Shown here one piece after another: positions 47,254 to 58,391 of a DNA stretch of 64,000 bases; position 1 is the first letter of the stretch, and each line of letters begins with the position of its first letter. Position numbers and translations under genes: made by a program. This DNA comes from a virus. Location: positions 1 to 64,000 of the IMG/VR virus record IMGVR_UViG_3300025151_000020, one strand, 5' to 3'. Under the pieces are notes generated by a model. That model searched no databases, had not been told where the DNA came from, and worked only from the letters and a program-made list of their open reading frames with translations.

Positions 47254-47535
47254 TCACTCAGAATCCGTATCTGCGTCTTTTGACTTAGTTTTGGACTTGG
47301 TTTCCTCTTTAGGAGGCGTTATAATGGCTTGAGATTGCCTTTGTGCCCTTATTTTCTGAGCCTCTGCAACTTCTGCTAGATCTCTTGAAAGTTGAGCAGT
47401 TCTCTGATTGATGTAATTAACGATGTCTTGAGTGCAAGCCTGGTGTAGCCTGAATAAAACCAATCGATCTGCTGATTGTTCTTGTAAGGCTAGTAGTGCT
47501 TGTTCTGGGGTAAGAGTCACTTCTTCGGAGGTCAT
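47254..47535 (-). CDS. Small coiled-coil protein
   Basis: 93 aa, Gln/Ala-rich helix. Confidence 0.65.
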   Translation of the reverse strand: MTSEEVTLTPEQALLALQEQSADRLVLFRLHQACTQDIVNYINQRTAQLSRDLAEVAEAQKIRAQRQSQAIITPPKEETKSKTKSKDADTDSE

Positions 47536-47585
47536 TATGCTTCCTCAGATGTATCTGGTTCATAAAGTTGTCAATTCTGTTAGGT

Positions 47586-48155
47586 TTATTCTGTCCAATT
47601 CCAACCACCTATATCTGTTACGATAGATCCATATTTTTCCTGTATTAGATTCTTGTAGGCTTCAATTCCTATTATGTTTCCATCCTCATCGTAATCTGTT
47701 GTGAGCCATGTGTCAAACCACCCCACATCCCAAGTTCTATCGGGAGTCCAGGTGTGAATATCAGCATGGACAATTGTAAATCTGTCATCCTTAGCACAGT
47801 TATCCCATACCAAATCTATGACATCTTGCTCACTTTCAACTACTGTTACGCTAGTCACATCGTCTGACTCAAGCAATGGAATGTGGATCACACCTAAACC
47901 AAGACCTGCAATTAGGATATCACCGGACATACGAGGCATGAGCCATTGATGTTCAACATACTCTTGTTCCGTGTCCTGCATGATATTAAGCCATGATTCA
48001 CCAAACTTTCTATACAGTACAGTATAATCCCCCTCTGCTATGTTTCTATAATTGACATAGTTTAACCAAGATGGTTCTCCGGTGGTAGCGGTGCATCGCT
48101 CAACCTTGTAGTCGCCACTCTCCCCATCAGGTATCCCTGTCACTTCCCATCTCAT
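47586..48155 (-). CDS. Class I SAM-dependent methyltransferase (spermidine-synthase-like fold)
   Basis: ILIAGLGLG (motif I), VTVVE (motif II), HAD, WDVGWFDTW. Confidence 0.75.
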   Translation of the reverse strand: MRWEVTGIPDGESGDYKVERCTATTGEPSWLNYVNYRNIAEGDYTVLYRKFGESWLNIMQDTEQEYVEHQWLMPRMSGDILIAGLGLGVIHIPLLESDDVTSVTVVESEQDVIDLVWDNCAKDDRFTIVHADIHTWTPDRTWDVGWFDTWLTTDYDEDGNIIGIEAYKNLIQEKYGSIVTDIGGWNWTE

Positions 48156-48748
48156 GGTATCAATATCCTCGGTGTTACTGTTGGAGATGACGAAGTAGTG
48201 CCATTAGAATTGGAAGCCTCACAATTTACATCCCAACTGAATCCATCGCCAGAAGCAGAAAGTAATAGATATCCTCTTCCGCCCGAATTGTGTGTTATTT
48301 TCACCTCAATTCCAATGTCATTAGAAGTACAGTCTTGGTTAGTTGAACCCGAACCGCTTTTGGCAACGCTAGATACTGCACCAAAGGTGTCTTGCACTTC
48401 CTGCACATTGCCTAAGCCCCATGAGAAGGATGTTGCTGATGTCGCTCTGCAATATCCATAGGTTTCGAATGTAAGGGTCCCGCTATTGAGGTTCACCGCA
48501 TTAGAGTAATTAATGCCATAAATCAACTCAATATCTCCTGTGCCACTACTGAATGTATTACCTGCATTTGCAGGTATTACTCCTGATCCCGATGTACAAT
48601 CAACTATCACGGCATCGTCAAAGTTGCCACTAGATGTAGTAGCCACGCTAACATTGGATGGTGCAGAACTACCACCACCACCGCCACCGCCACCACTACC
48701 TGCTTGTCCTTGTTGTGCGACTGTTCCTAAAACGGCTGGCATTGGCAT
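48152..48748 (-). CDS. Putative fibre-tip adhesin
   Basis: 198 aa after the giant fibre; poly-Gly linker, then Ser/Thr-rich beta domain. Confidence 0.55.
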   Translation of the reverse strand: MPMPAVLGTVAQQGQAGSGGGGGGGGSSAPSNVSVATTSSGNFDDAVIVDCTSGSGVIPANAGNTFSSGTGDIELIYGINYSNAVNLNSGTLTFETYGYCRATSATSFSWGLGNVQEVQDTFGAVSSVAKSGSGSTNQDCTSNDIGIEVKITHNSGGRGYLLLSASGDGFSWDVNCEASNSNGTTSSSPTVTPRILIP

Positions 48749-48752
48749 AAAA

Positions 48753-51700
48753 TCACCCTAATACTATCCACTCGCTACTATCAACTGCAATGAAGGTCTT
48801 CGCTTCGTATCTTGTAGTGATTGTTTGGTTGCTAGTTGAACCATTCATTGTATCCGATCCGTTTGCTGAGATAGTCACAGTTCCTGTTGTGTTGCTAATG
48901 ATGACATACTGTTCGCCTCTGTTTGGAGAAGCAGGTAGGGTAAATGTCATTGCACTTGTTGCTACTAAATACAATCCGGCATAGTCGTCATAGTCTAATG
49001 TTTGGTTGCTTGAGAATGTTCGCATCTGCCCTGCCTTTGCCGCAACACCCGCAGCAGGAGTGTCACCATGAGCGAACTTATTGACACCTACTGACAGAAT
49101 CTCTCTTTGACTATCATTGACCATAATCCTGAATCGCATCTCTCCATCTGCATTGCCACTTGTTTGATCACGAATTGTCATTATGATATTTCCATAATCT
49201 CTGTAATCGTGTATCGCTTCTACACTACCTACATCCAACATACTTGAGTCTGCACCTGTAAATCTGATATTTCCAATATCGTCATCATCAGAAACGTCAC
49301 CTTGATCAATGTATCTGATAAGATGCATTATTGGTCCTCTTGCAGTTGTAGTATCATCGTTAGTGAATACGAAATGCCCTAACCCCTTCGTCTTGAATGA
49401 CAACCCAACGTCTGTTTCATCCCCTGTTGCCTCAAGTCCTGGTCCGGTTATGCGACCTGCTGAAGTTGTGTTGTTTGAGTTATGGACTACATCTGTTCCA
49501 AACAGAGTACCAGCAGTAGTATCAGAGATACCATTCCATATCTTGATGTACGAGTTTGCACTTGTTGTCTTACCAAACAGTAGTTGCTCGTTGCTAGAAT
49601 CATCAAGAATACCATGATTATCATCAATTATGATGTTTTGACTGTTAGTATCCAAGTTTCCTCCGATTGTGACTCCTGCATTGAAAGTGGCAGCTCCCGC
49701 TTCTGAACCATCTAAAATGAGGGCATTGACATTGGAGTTGTTGTCCTTGACCATGAAATACATATCTGCATCATTTACAACTGCTTTAATCTTGAAATGA
49801 CCGCTATCATGTGCAAGGTTTGCATAAGTCGTTCCAGCATCTTTGAGTCTTATATCTGCACCATCAGCATCAAGAGATATATCTCCCGAAGAATCTATTG
49901 TGAAGTTACCGACAACGAGTGTGTCAAGGCTCGATATAGTCAAATCCCCACTTGAGTATGTGACATCCGATAGATCGTTGAGTGCAGAAGCACCACCACC
50001 ACCTGCATTTGCATCCACATATGCCTTGATGGATTGCTGAGTTGCTAGAGCAGTATCGGAGTCAGAAGCCATGTTATCCTCATCTAGGATTGTGGTGACT
50101 CTACTGTTAGCACCGCCTAATCTGACACCGCTATCGCTTATGTCCAAGCGTGATGAACCGCCCGTTTCGAATGTCTGTGTATCTGTGCCGAATGCTATTG
50201 AGTTGTTCGTATCGTTCGAATGCCTAATCTCACCAGGGATTGTTAGATTGCCACTAAATATTGCCTCACCTGCATTAGATGCGTCAAATCGCAAGAAGTC
50301 AGTAGTGACACCACCATCAATCCCTCTGAGATAGAGGTCTTTGTCGTCAGTTGTGTTCTGCAAGACAATATCGCCCGAAGATATCATTGCGATACGGAAG
50401 TATTCTGTTCCTGCCGATTTGAATCTCCAGGTGGGGCTACCTGCATCAAAGGATATGTCGCCTGATCCATCAATGGTGAAATTGCCTGTAACATCAATCT
50501 CTGGTGTGGAATCTAAGTTGAATTGGAATCTCGTAGTTCCATCGTCTTTGAAGTATATCTGATCTCCGGCGGCATCAAATGTGAGATCACCAGACGAATC
50601 TATTGTGAAGCCACCGACAACGAGCGTGTCTAAACTGCTAATTGTTAGATCACCACTTGAATAAGTCACATCGGATAAGTCGCCAAGAGCAGAAGCACCA
50701 CCTGCATTGTTATCCACATAATCCTTGACGGCGGCAGAAGTAGGCAAAGTGGTGTCGTTGTCATTTGAACCGATGCCTTCTGATTCTGTGACTACTGCTG
50801 ATGCAGCTAAGTCTGATACTGTTAGGTCTGCAATATCGCTTGTGTATGCAAGAGTAGAGGCAGTTCCCCAATCCGTATCATCTTGGTCTGCTCGGTAGTG
50901 ATAGATTCTCTTTGTACTGTTCTTAGCGAATGCCAATAAGTTTGCATCTCCACCTGTATGTCCTGTGAATGTGTCCAATACCAAAACATCAACATAATCA
51001 GATGCGTTAGTAGTAGAGCCATCTTCCAAACCTGTCTTTGTTGAGAATCTTCCTGATATTTCTCTAAGCGTATTTGCCAAGTCTTCAGGAGCAAAATCCC
51101 TATCATCATCTGTTTTCAAGTATGGAGCGTGTATAGTTCTGAAGTCTAAGTCAAACGGATCTGCGTCTGATCCAGGGGAAATATCGGAGTAGTTGATGTC
51201 TATACTCGTATCTCCACTAAGGAACTTGATTTCTTCCGAGTTGGAGATAGATACTTCTGTTCCATCATCATCCTCAATTACGAAGGTCATGCCCGTAGTA
51301 TATCCGTATGATAGAATCTTATCCTCAATAGCGGCAGAAGTCATTATCGATGTGTCATCGTTAGAGAAGGATTCGCTACTCAATTGAATACTACCTGCGG
51401 CTATTTCAGATACAGTCAAACCGCCTACATTGAGGGTATCTCCGCTAAGACTAATCCCTGTTCCAGCAACTAAATTGGTATCGTCACTAATATCTATTTC
51501 ACCGAGCGTAATCGCTTGGTTTGATATGCTAAGGTAATCGTGACTAGAAGTAACCAATGTTACATCCGTTGAGTTATCCGTACCTGCCGCATCAACACCG
51601 AGATTGCTTCTTGCAGTTGCTGCATTGGCCAAGTCGGACAAATTGCTAGACTTGGCTAGTTTAGTGCCTATGCTAGTAGTAATTGTTGTTGAGAATGAGG

Positions 51701-54700
51701 CATCATCACCTAATGCGGCTGCCAATTCATTCAATGTGTTCAAAGCCGCAGGTGCGGAATCAACAATTCCTGCAACTTCCGCATCCACATATGCCTTGAT
51801 TGACTGTTGCGATGCAGCAGCGGTGGCACTATTGGAACTCATATCATCTTGATCTAACAGAGTCAATTGTGTGTTGGTATCCGTTGAAGCAATGGTTACT
51901 GCTCCTCCTGATTCAGTTATTGTTATGTTACTACCTGCGGTAAATGCAAGAGTTTCGCTTGATCCTAATGTGTTGCCTCCCGCAGTTACTGTTCTGAATG
52001 TGTTAGTATCGGTTTGATTTTCCCAAGTTACTGTTCCACTACCATTTGTTCTCAATACTTGATTTGCTGAACCGTCTGCGGTTGGGAATGTAAATGCGTC
52101 ATTAAATGTAACTGCACCTGTTTCCAAAACTTTGAATATCTGAGTATGACTACCTGCATGACTTGTTTTTCCATTTTTGGTTATAGCAAAGAAAGTATTA
52201 TCGCTATTGTTATTGTTAGAATCTAATTGCATATAGATTTCTTCGGGTGCTTTAATTAGAATAGAATAGTTTTCCTCAAACATACCTAAGTCTTGTCTAT
52301 CTCTAAATTGATAGCCGTCATAGGGTGGTGTGTTGTCATTAGCCCCACTTACGCCAGGAATATTTAGCCCGCCTGTGAATGTTGCTATATTGTCGCTTTG
52401 CGTTCCTATGGTAAAATTACCACCTAAGTCAGCGTTAAGAGCAGTTTTAACATCAGCAGTAGTTGTAGTGTTAGTATCGGTAGCAGCGAGTGTCAAAGTT
52501 CCTGCGGCATCATCATAAGTCTTAGTGATGTTAGACCCTGCCGTAATTACTCCTGCTACAAAGTCTTCAACCTGCTCTTGTGATAATTGTGTATTGGTGT
52601 CTGTTGAGGCAATAGTAACTGCTCCACCTGATTCTGATATGCTGACATTGCTTCCTGCCGTGAAAGCAAGAGTTTCACCTGATCCAAGAGTATTGCCACC
52701 AGCAGTTACGGTTCTAAATGTGTTAGTATCGGTTGATGCAAATGTAATCGTGTCATTACTTGCATTCGTTGTAATGGTAACATTTGACCCCTCGGCAAAG
52801 GTTAGCGTGTCTGCGGCGGCATCGGCTACAACATCAGATTGACCGCTAACTGAAATAGTCTTGAATGCCTCTCCTGCCCCACCCGATGCAGTAGTGTCAA
52901 TGGAATCCTGCAAGTTATCAAGAGTCATGTACTTCCAGGAGGAAGCAGACTCATCCCAAAGCAGAATCTTATCATCAGTAGCATCCGTGCTTTCATTCAA
53001 CTCAGACAAGTTTGCAGGGTCGTCTAACTTGAGGCCACTTGCCTCTTGAGCCAAACCATTACCTGCCGCAACGCTGAAAGTGGTAGAGGATAGGGCTATA
53101 CCACTACCTGCTGAATACTCGGTGTTAGTATCGGTTGATGCAATAGTCACCGCACCGCCACTTTCTGTAATGGTGACATTACTACCTGCCGTAAATGCGA
53201 GAGTTTCACCACTTGCTAATGTATTTCCGCCAGCAGTAACCGATCTAACGGCAGTAATGTATGAACCGAGATCACTAATTTGTGACTCCGTAATTGATAG
53301 TGCTGCTTGATGCTGAGTTACGCTTCCCTCAGATATTCTTCCATTGGCAAAAGTTCCGCTTGTAATCTTCGAAGTTGCCAAAGAGGGTATGTCTGATGCA
53401 GATAAACCACCGTCTAGTATGTTTATCTCCGCTAATGATGCAGTTATACCTAGATTCGTAAGGGCGTTTCCTTGTTGTGTTGAGTTCAATCCCTGGTTGC
53501 TAACATCAACTCTCAACCTGTTGCCCAATGATGTTGCGGTTGTTGTTGAGAATGACGCATCATCTCCAAGAGCTGCAGCGAGTTCGTTTAGAGTATTCAA
53601 TGCACCAGGAGCAGAATCAACAAGACCCGATACTTCTGCATCAACATATGCTTTGATGGATTGCTGAGAGGCGGCCGCAGTAGCACTATTGGAAGCAAAG
53701 TTGTCCTCATCAAGAAGAGATAATTGTGTATTAGTGTCGGTGGATGCAATAGTTACTGCACCTCCACTCTCCGTTATCGTCACATTAGATCCCGCAGTAA
53801 AGGCAAGAGTTTCAGTTGAAGCAAGAGTGTTGCCACCTGCGGTTATGGTTCTAGGAGTCATGTCATCCACTACCAAATCAATAGTGCCGTCACCATCCTC
53901 ATAGGTAGCAGATATTCTCGTTTCGGTATTTCCAGAGAACATTCCGCCTACTATGTCTTGAACCTGTTCGGTGGAGAGTTGTGTGTTAGTGTCGGTGGAA
54001 GCAATGGTAACGGTATCGCTAGATGCATTAGTCGTAAGTGTCACATTAGAACCCGCTGCAAATGTTAGCGTATCGGTTGTTCCATCTGCAACTACATCGC
54101 TTTGCCCAGATACTGATACGGTGCTGAAAGCGTTCTGATTGTTCTCTCCACCTGCACCTGCGGCAATCCAGGTAAATCCACCACTAGCCGAGTCGTAACT
54201 CAAAATGTAGTTATCAACAGGGGAGTTCGTTGCATTGAGGTGCGATTCATCAACTGCACCGTCTTTCAATTCAGAACTATCAACTGCATTTGCATCAATC
54301 TGTCCTGCGGCAACTGAGTCAAGAGTAGCCAATGCACCAAGAGCCGTGCCGTTCAATGTGATAGCATCTGCTTCCACCGTACCATCAAAGTAAGCATTCT
54401 TGAATTGTAGCGATGCCGTTCCAAGATCTATGTCGTTATTCGTCACGGGTTGTATTGCACCATTGGCGAAATCAACCTGGTCCTCACCATCAACAACGAC
54501 TCGTAATACATCAGCACTACTTACTTGTGAGAATCGCAAGCCTATATCGGTATTACCATGAAATGAGTAGGCAGGGAAGGTGTTTGAACCGCTACCAACT
54601 CGTACTATTTCTCCTACTTTCAAAATCTCATTAGCCGAATCAAAGGTAAAATTAGCATCGCCCGCTATGTTCGTGCTATTGCCAAACGCTACTTGTGTAT

Positions 54701-57700
54701 CGGCTATGCTTCCTCCAATACCTCCCGCAGCTCCTGTGATAGTTACTGCACCTCCGCTTTCTGTAATCGTGATATTACTACCTGCGGTGAATGCAAGCGT
54801 TTCACCGTTGGCTAATGTATTGCCACCTGCGGTGACTGTTCTAGGTGCAGTAATGTACGATCCAAGATCACTAATTTGTGATTCTGTTATGGAAAGGGCG
54901 GCTTGGTGTTGAGTTACGCTTCCTTGAGATATTCTAGCATTGGCGAATGTACCAGATGTGATTTTGCTCGTTCCTAAACTAGGTATGTCGGATGCGGATA
55001 ATCCGCCATCAAGAATATTGATTTCTGCTAAGGATGCAGTAATACCCAAGTTGGTCAGACCTTGTGCTTGTTGTGTGCTATTGAGGGATTGATTGTCATC
55101 AATTCTCAATCTGTTGCCCAAAGAGGTAGCAGTTGTTGTTGAGAAACTAGCATCATCGTTCAGAGCCGCAGCCAACTCATTCAGAGTATCTAGGGCGGCA
55201 GGAGCAGAATCAACTATGGATGCGGTTTTACTGTCTATGTATGCCTTGATTGATTGTTGTGTTGCTAAGTTAGTGGCCGAGTTAGAGGCCATGTTGTCTT
55301 CATCCAATACAGGAACAACGAAGTCTATGTTGCCATCAGTATCATCATAACTTACAGAAATGAATGTTTCAGTACCATCAAGCATACCTCCAACGAAATC
55401 CTCCACTTGCTCTTGTGTTAGTTGAGTGTTAGTATCGGTAGAAGCAAGCGTTAGTGTTCCTGCCGCATCATCGTAAGTAGCGGTAACATTTGTACCACCT
55501 ACAATAAGACCATTGACATAATCTTCAACTTGTTCTTGAGTTAGTTGGGTATTAGTATCGGTTGATACGAAGTTCAACTTGCCTCCTGTATCATCATAGG
55601 TTACTGCAATGTTGGTTTCTGTTCCTCCATCCACCATCGCCCCTACTATGTCTTGGACTTGTTCAGTTGTTAGTTGCGTATCTGTATTGGTAGTAAATGT
55701 CAGATTGCTTTGCAGGTAACTCTGCAACACAGATGTATCCATTCTTTTGAGATTGCCACCATCATTTATGACGAACTCATCTGTTGATGCAAGCCCGCTT
55801 GTTAGAGCCGTTTGCCCTGTGATATCTCCTATTACAAAGTTAGATGCTCCTGAAGTAGCAAAGTTTTGAGCTGCAATGTAATCAAATACGGCATTACCCG
55901 TTACCAAATCGCCTTCGCCATCAGCAACACCACCCGAACCATCGGTAGCAACGCCCTTTACTGCCGCAGCCCCTAATCCCAAGTTTGTTCGAGCAGTTCC
56001 TGCATTGGCTAGATCTGAAAGATTGCTTGCCTTTGCAAGTTTAGTTCCTATGCTTGTGGTAATGGTTGTTGAGAAACTAGCATCATCTCCTAATGCTTCC
56101 GCTAACTCATTCAATGTATTCAATGTACCAGGGGCTGAATCCACCAACCCTGCAACTTCTGCATCCACATATGCTTTGATGGATTGTTGGCTTGCCGCAG
56201 CAGTAGCACTATTTGATGACATATCATCCTGATCGAGCAGGGTCAATTGCGTGTTAGTATCTGTTGAAACAAAGTCTAGTTTTCCATTGGTGTCATCATA
56301 TGTAACTGCAATATTTGTTTCAGTATTACCGGAAACCATCGCTCCGATTATGTCCTGGACTTGTTCAGTTGTTAGTTGAGTATTCGTATCCGTTGAGGCA
56401 AGAGTTAGAGTACCTGCGGCATCATCATATGTCTTCGTTATGTTACTGCCCGCTACTACTAAACTAGCCACGATATCTTCTATTTCTTCTTGCGTCTTCC
56501 CGCTAGATGAAATTGTCACCGCACCTCCCGATTCAGAGATAGTGACATTTGTTCCTGCGGTAAAGGCAAGAGTTTCGCTATTTGCTAGGGTGTTGCCTCC
56601 TGCGGTAATTGTTCTAGGAGCAGTAATGTATGAACCAAGATCGCTAATTTGTGATTCAGTTATTGACAATGATGCTTGATGTTGTGTGATATTTGATGCA
56701 GCAATCCGTGCATCTGCAAAAGTACCAGATGTTATCTTTGAAGTTGCTAGGTTGGGTATGTCTGATGCACTTAGGTTCGCACTAATTGTATCTCCCGATA
56801 ATGCAAGTCCTGATCCTACGGATAGATTAGTATCGTCACTAATGTCTATTGTACCCAATGTGATTGCTTGGCCGGATATTGAGAGGTAATCGTGGCTAGT
56901 GGTGACGAGAGTGACATCGGTTGAGTTGTCAGTTCCTGCTGCATCTACTCCTAGATTGCTTCTTGCAGTTGCGGCATTTGCCAAATCGGATAGGTTACTT
57001 GCCTTTGCAAGTTTAGTTCCAATGTTAGTAGCAATGGTCGTGGAAAACGAAGCATCATCGTTTATTGCTGCAGCTAATTCATTCAAAGTGTCTAACGCAC
57101 CAGGGGCAGAATCAACTAATGCAGAAACCTCTGAATCAACATAGGCTTTGACGGATTGTTGTGATGCTGCATGAGTAGCGGAATTAGATGCCATGTCGTC
57201 TTCATCTTTCAGATCAAGATTCAATGTAGCCGCACCGCTTGTTGCCCCACCGGATAGCCCTGTTCCTGCTACTACTGATGTGATATCTCCTGTGTTTGTA
57301 GTGTAGCCATACGAGAGTATCTTATCCTCAATTGCTGCCGATGTCATCAGAGATGTATCGTTATTTGCAAACGATTCACTACTGATTTGCAAACTGTCTG
57401 CTGCTAATTCAGATACTGTAATCCCGCTAACATTCAATGTAACCGTTCCACTTGCACCTCCTCCTGACAATCCTGTTCCTGCGGTAACTCCTGTGATATC
57501 GCCCGTATCAGTTGTGTATCCATAAGAAAGAATCTTGTCTTCAATTGCGGCTGAAGTCATCAAGGAAGTATCATTGTCAGTAAATGATTCTGCACTCGTT
57601 TGAATACTGCTACCTGCAAACTCAGAGATGGTTAAACCACCTACATTCAGAGTAACTGCACCTTCTGTTGCACTTCCTGTTATCCCCGTTCCGGCAGTTA

Positions 57701-58391
57701 TGCTTGAAACTAAACCAGAAATACCCGATAGTGATCCTCCTGTGATGCTAACATTGTCTGATGCTTGAGTGGCCATAGTGCCTAAACCAAGCGATGCTCT
57801 TGCCGTTGCTCCACTCTCAGATACCCATGTGCCTCCATCTCCGACAATAAATGCACTATCAGAGGGAGTAAGATTGGCCAAAGCCGTCAAATCACCATCA
57901 AGTGTTTGATATACATTAGAGCCAACAACTGAACCATCTGCCGGATTTACAACAGGGTCGTCTGCTCCTGCTACCAAACTGAATGTAATTACCTCAACCT
58001 GGATGGTGTATCTGAATAGTTTCTTAGAGCGATCTGAAAGGTCGGTCCTAGTCTTGTAAATCAAACGGTCAAAGTTGTTGTTGTCACCTTTTCTGAATGC
58101 CTGTACAATCCTTCTAACCTCATTACGCATCTCAGACAGTCTTTCTCGACTCTGTACTGTTCTGCAATCTATGGTGATATTGACGTGTTCATTAACGAAA
58201 TCATAGACAAGTTCTGGTTGAGCCTCGTTGTGTGCCGTTTCAAATATACGGATAACATCGGTATCAAGTAGTCTGACTCTTTTTGCATCCCCCTTATCCA
58301 CATCTGCAATATCCTCTATGGATGGTGCAGGTGGCTTAGACCAATTTGTTGCGAGAATATCCCGTAATGCACCTATTGCATCTTTAGCCAT
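48753..58391 (-). CDS. Giant fibre protein (3212 aa) fused to an N-terminal tail-terminator/neck-like domain
   Basis: About 140-aa globular N-terminus in the neck-gene position, then mosaic fibre repeats (DSAPxxLxTLNELAxAL x5; TAGGNTL..ETLAFTAG x6; SNLSDL..ARxNLG). Confidence 0.8.
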   Translation of the reverse strand: MAKDAIGALRDILATNWSKPPAPSIEDIADVDKGDAKRVRLLDTDVIRIFETAHNEAQPELVYDFVNEHVNITIDCRTVQSRERLSEMRNEVRRIVQAFRKGDNNNFDRLIYKTRTDLSDRSKKLFRYTIQVEVITFSLVAGADDPVVNPADGSVVGSNVYQTLDGDLTALANLTPSDSAFIVGDGGTWVSESGATARASLGLGTMATQASDNVSITGGSLSGISGLVSSITAGTGITGSATEGAVTLNVGGLTISEFAGSSIQTSAESFTDNDTSLMTSAAIEDKILSYGYTTDTGDITGVTAGTGLSGGGASGTVTLNVSGITVSELAADSLQISSESFANNDTSLMTSAAIEDKILSYGYTTNTGDITSVVAGTGLSGGATSGAATLNLDLKDEDDMASNSATHAASQQSVKAYVDSEVSALVDSAPGALDTLNELAAAINDDASFSTTIATNIGTKLAKASNLSDLANAATARSNLGVDAAGTDNSTDVTLVTTSHDYLSISGQAITLGTIDISDDTNLSVGSGLALSGDTISANLSASDIPNLATSKITSGTFADARIAASNITQHQASLSITESQISDLGSYITAPRTITAGGNTLANSETLAFTAGTNVTISESGGAVTISSSGKTQEEIEDIVASLVVAGSNITKTYDDAAGTLTLASTDTNTQLTTEQVQDIIGAMVSGNTETNIAVTYDDTNGKLDFVSTDTNTQLTLLDQDDMSSNSATAAASQQSIKAYVDAEVAGLVDSAPGTLNTLNELAEALGDDASFSTTITTSIGTKLAKASNLSDLANAGTARTNLGLGAAAVKGVATDGSGGVADGEGDLVTGNAVFDYIAAQNFATSGASNFVIGDITGQTALTSGLASTDEFVINDGGNLKRMDTSVLQSYLQSNLTFTTNTDTQLTTEQVQDIVGAMVDGGTETNIAVTYDDTGGKLNFVSTDTNTQLTQEQVEDYVNGLIVGGTNVTATYDDAAGTLTLASTDTNTQLTQEQVEDFVGGMLDGTETFISVSYDDTDGNIDFVVPVLDEDNMASNSATNLATQQSIKAYIDSKTASIVDSAPAALDTLNELAAALNDDASFSTTTATSLGNRLRIDDNQSLNSTQQAQGLTNLGITASLAEINILDGGLSASDIPSLGTSKITSGTFANARISQGSVTQHQAALSITESQISDLGSYITAPRTVTAGGNTLANGETLAFTAGSNITITESGGAVTITGAAGGIGGSIADTQVAFGNSTNIAGDANFTFDSANEILKVGEIVRVGSGSNTFPAYSFHGNTDIGLRFSQVSSADVLRVVVDGEDQVDFANGAIQPVTNNDIDLGTASLQFKNAYFDGTVEADAITLNGTALGALATLDSVAAGQIDANAVDSSELKDGAVDESHLNATNSPVDNYILSYDSASGGFTWIAAGAGGENNQNAFSTVSVSGQSDVVADGTTDTLTFAAGSNVTLTTNASSDTVTIASTDTNTQLSTEQVQDIVGGMFSGNTETRISATYEDGDGTIDLVVDDMTPRTITAGGNTLASTETLAFTAGSNVTITESGGAVTIASTDTNTQLSLLDEDNFASNSATAAASQQSIKAYVDAEVSGLVDSAPGALNTLNELAAALGDDASFSTTTATSLGNRLRVDVSNQGLNSTQQGNALTNLGITASLAEINILDGGLSASDIPSLATSKITSGTFANGRISEGSVTQHQAALSITESQISDLGSYITAVRSVTAGGNTLASGETLAFTAGSNVTITESGGAVTIASTDTNTEYSAGSGIALSSTTFSVAAGNGLAQEASGLKLDDPANLSELNESTDATDDKILLWDESASSWKYMTLDNLQDSIDTTASGGAGEAFKTISVSGQSDVVADAAADTLTFAEGSNVTITTNASNDTITFASTDTNTFRTVTAGGNTLGSGETLAFTAGSNVSISESGGAVTIASTDTNTQLSQEQVEDFVAGVITAGSNITKTYDDAAGTLTLAATDTNTTTTADVKTALNADLGGNFTIGTQSDNIATFTGGLNIPGVSGANDNTPPYDGYQFRDRQDLGMFEENYSILIKAPEEIYMQLDSNNNNSDNTFFAITKNGKTSHAGSHTQIFKVLETGAVTFNDAFTFPTADGSANQVLRTNGSGTVTWENQTDTNTFRTVTAGGNTLGSSETLAFTAGSNITITESGGAVTIASTDTNTQLTLLDQDDMSSNSATAAASQQSIKAYVDAEVAGIVDSAPAALNTLNELAAALGDDASFSTTITTSIGTKLAKSSNLSDLANAATARSNLGVDAAGTDNSTDVTLVTSSHDYLSISNQAITLGEIDISDDTNLVAGTGISLSGDTLNVGGLTVSEIAAGSIQLSSESFSNDDTSIMTSAAIEDKILSYGYTTGMTFVIEDDDGTEVSISNSEEIKFLSGDTSIDINYSDISPGSDADPFDLDFRTIHAPYLKTDDDRDFAPEDLANTLREISGRFSTKTGLEDGSTTNASDYVDVLVLDTFTGHTGGDANLLAFAKNSTKRIYHYRADQDDTDWGTASTLAYTSDIADLTVSDLAASAVVTESEGIGSNDNDTTLPTSAAVKDYVDNNAGGASALGDLSDVTYSSGDLTISSLDTLVVGGFTIDSSGDLTFDAAGDQIYFKDDGTTRFQFNLDSTPEIDVTGNFTIDGSGDISFDAGSPTWRFKSAGTEYFRIAMISSGDIVLQNTTDDKDLYLRGIDGGVTTDFLRFDASNAGEAIFSGNLTIPGEIRHSNDTNNSIAFGTDTQTFETGGSSRLDISDSGVRLGGANSRVTTILDEDNMASDSDTALATQQSIKAYVDANAGGGGASALNDLSDVTYSSGDLTISSLDTLVVGNFTIDSSGDISLDADGADIRLKDAGTTYANLAHDSGHFKIKAVVNDADMYFMVKDNNSNVNALILDGSEAGAATFNAGVTIGGNLDTNSQNIIIDDNHGILDDSSNEQLLFGKTTSANSYIKIWNGISDTTAGTLFGTDVVHNSNNTTSAGRITGPGLEATGDETDVGLSFKTKGLGHFVFTNDDTTTARGPIMHLIRYIDQGDVSDDDDIGNIRFTGADSSMLDVGSVEAIHDYRDYGNIIMTIRDQTSGNADGEMRFRIMVNDSQREILSVGVNKFAHGDTPAAGVAAKAGQMRTFSSNQTLDYDDYAGLYLVATSAMTFTLPASPNRGEQYVIISNTTGTVTISANGSDTMNGSTSNQTITTRYEAKTFIAVDSSEWIVLG

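Noticed and set aside
48790-57144. Many + strand ORFs antisense to the giant fibre gene (and similar ones over other structural genes)
   Set aside because: Shadow frames of repetitive Thr/Ser/Ala-rich coding sequence, with no independent motifs.
48753-58391. Diversity-generating retroelement or shufflon acting on the fibre
   Set aside because: The repeats are in-frame protein modules with synonymous divergence; no reverse transcriptase, recombinase or adenine-specific TR/VR pair was seen.
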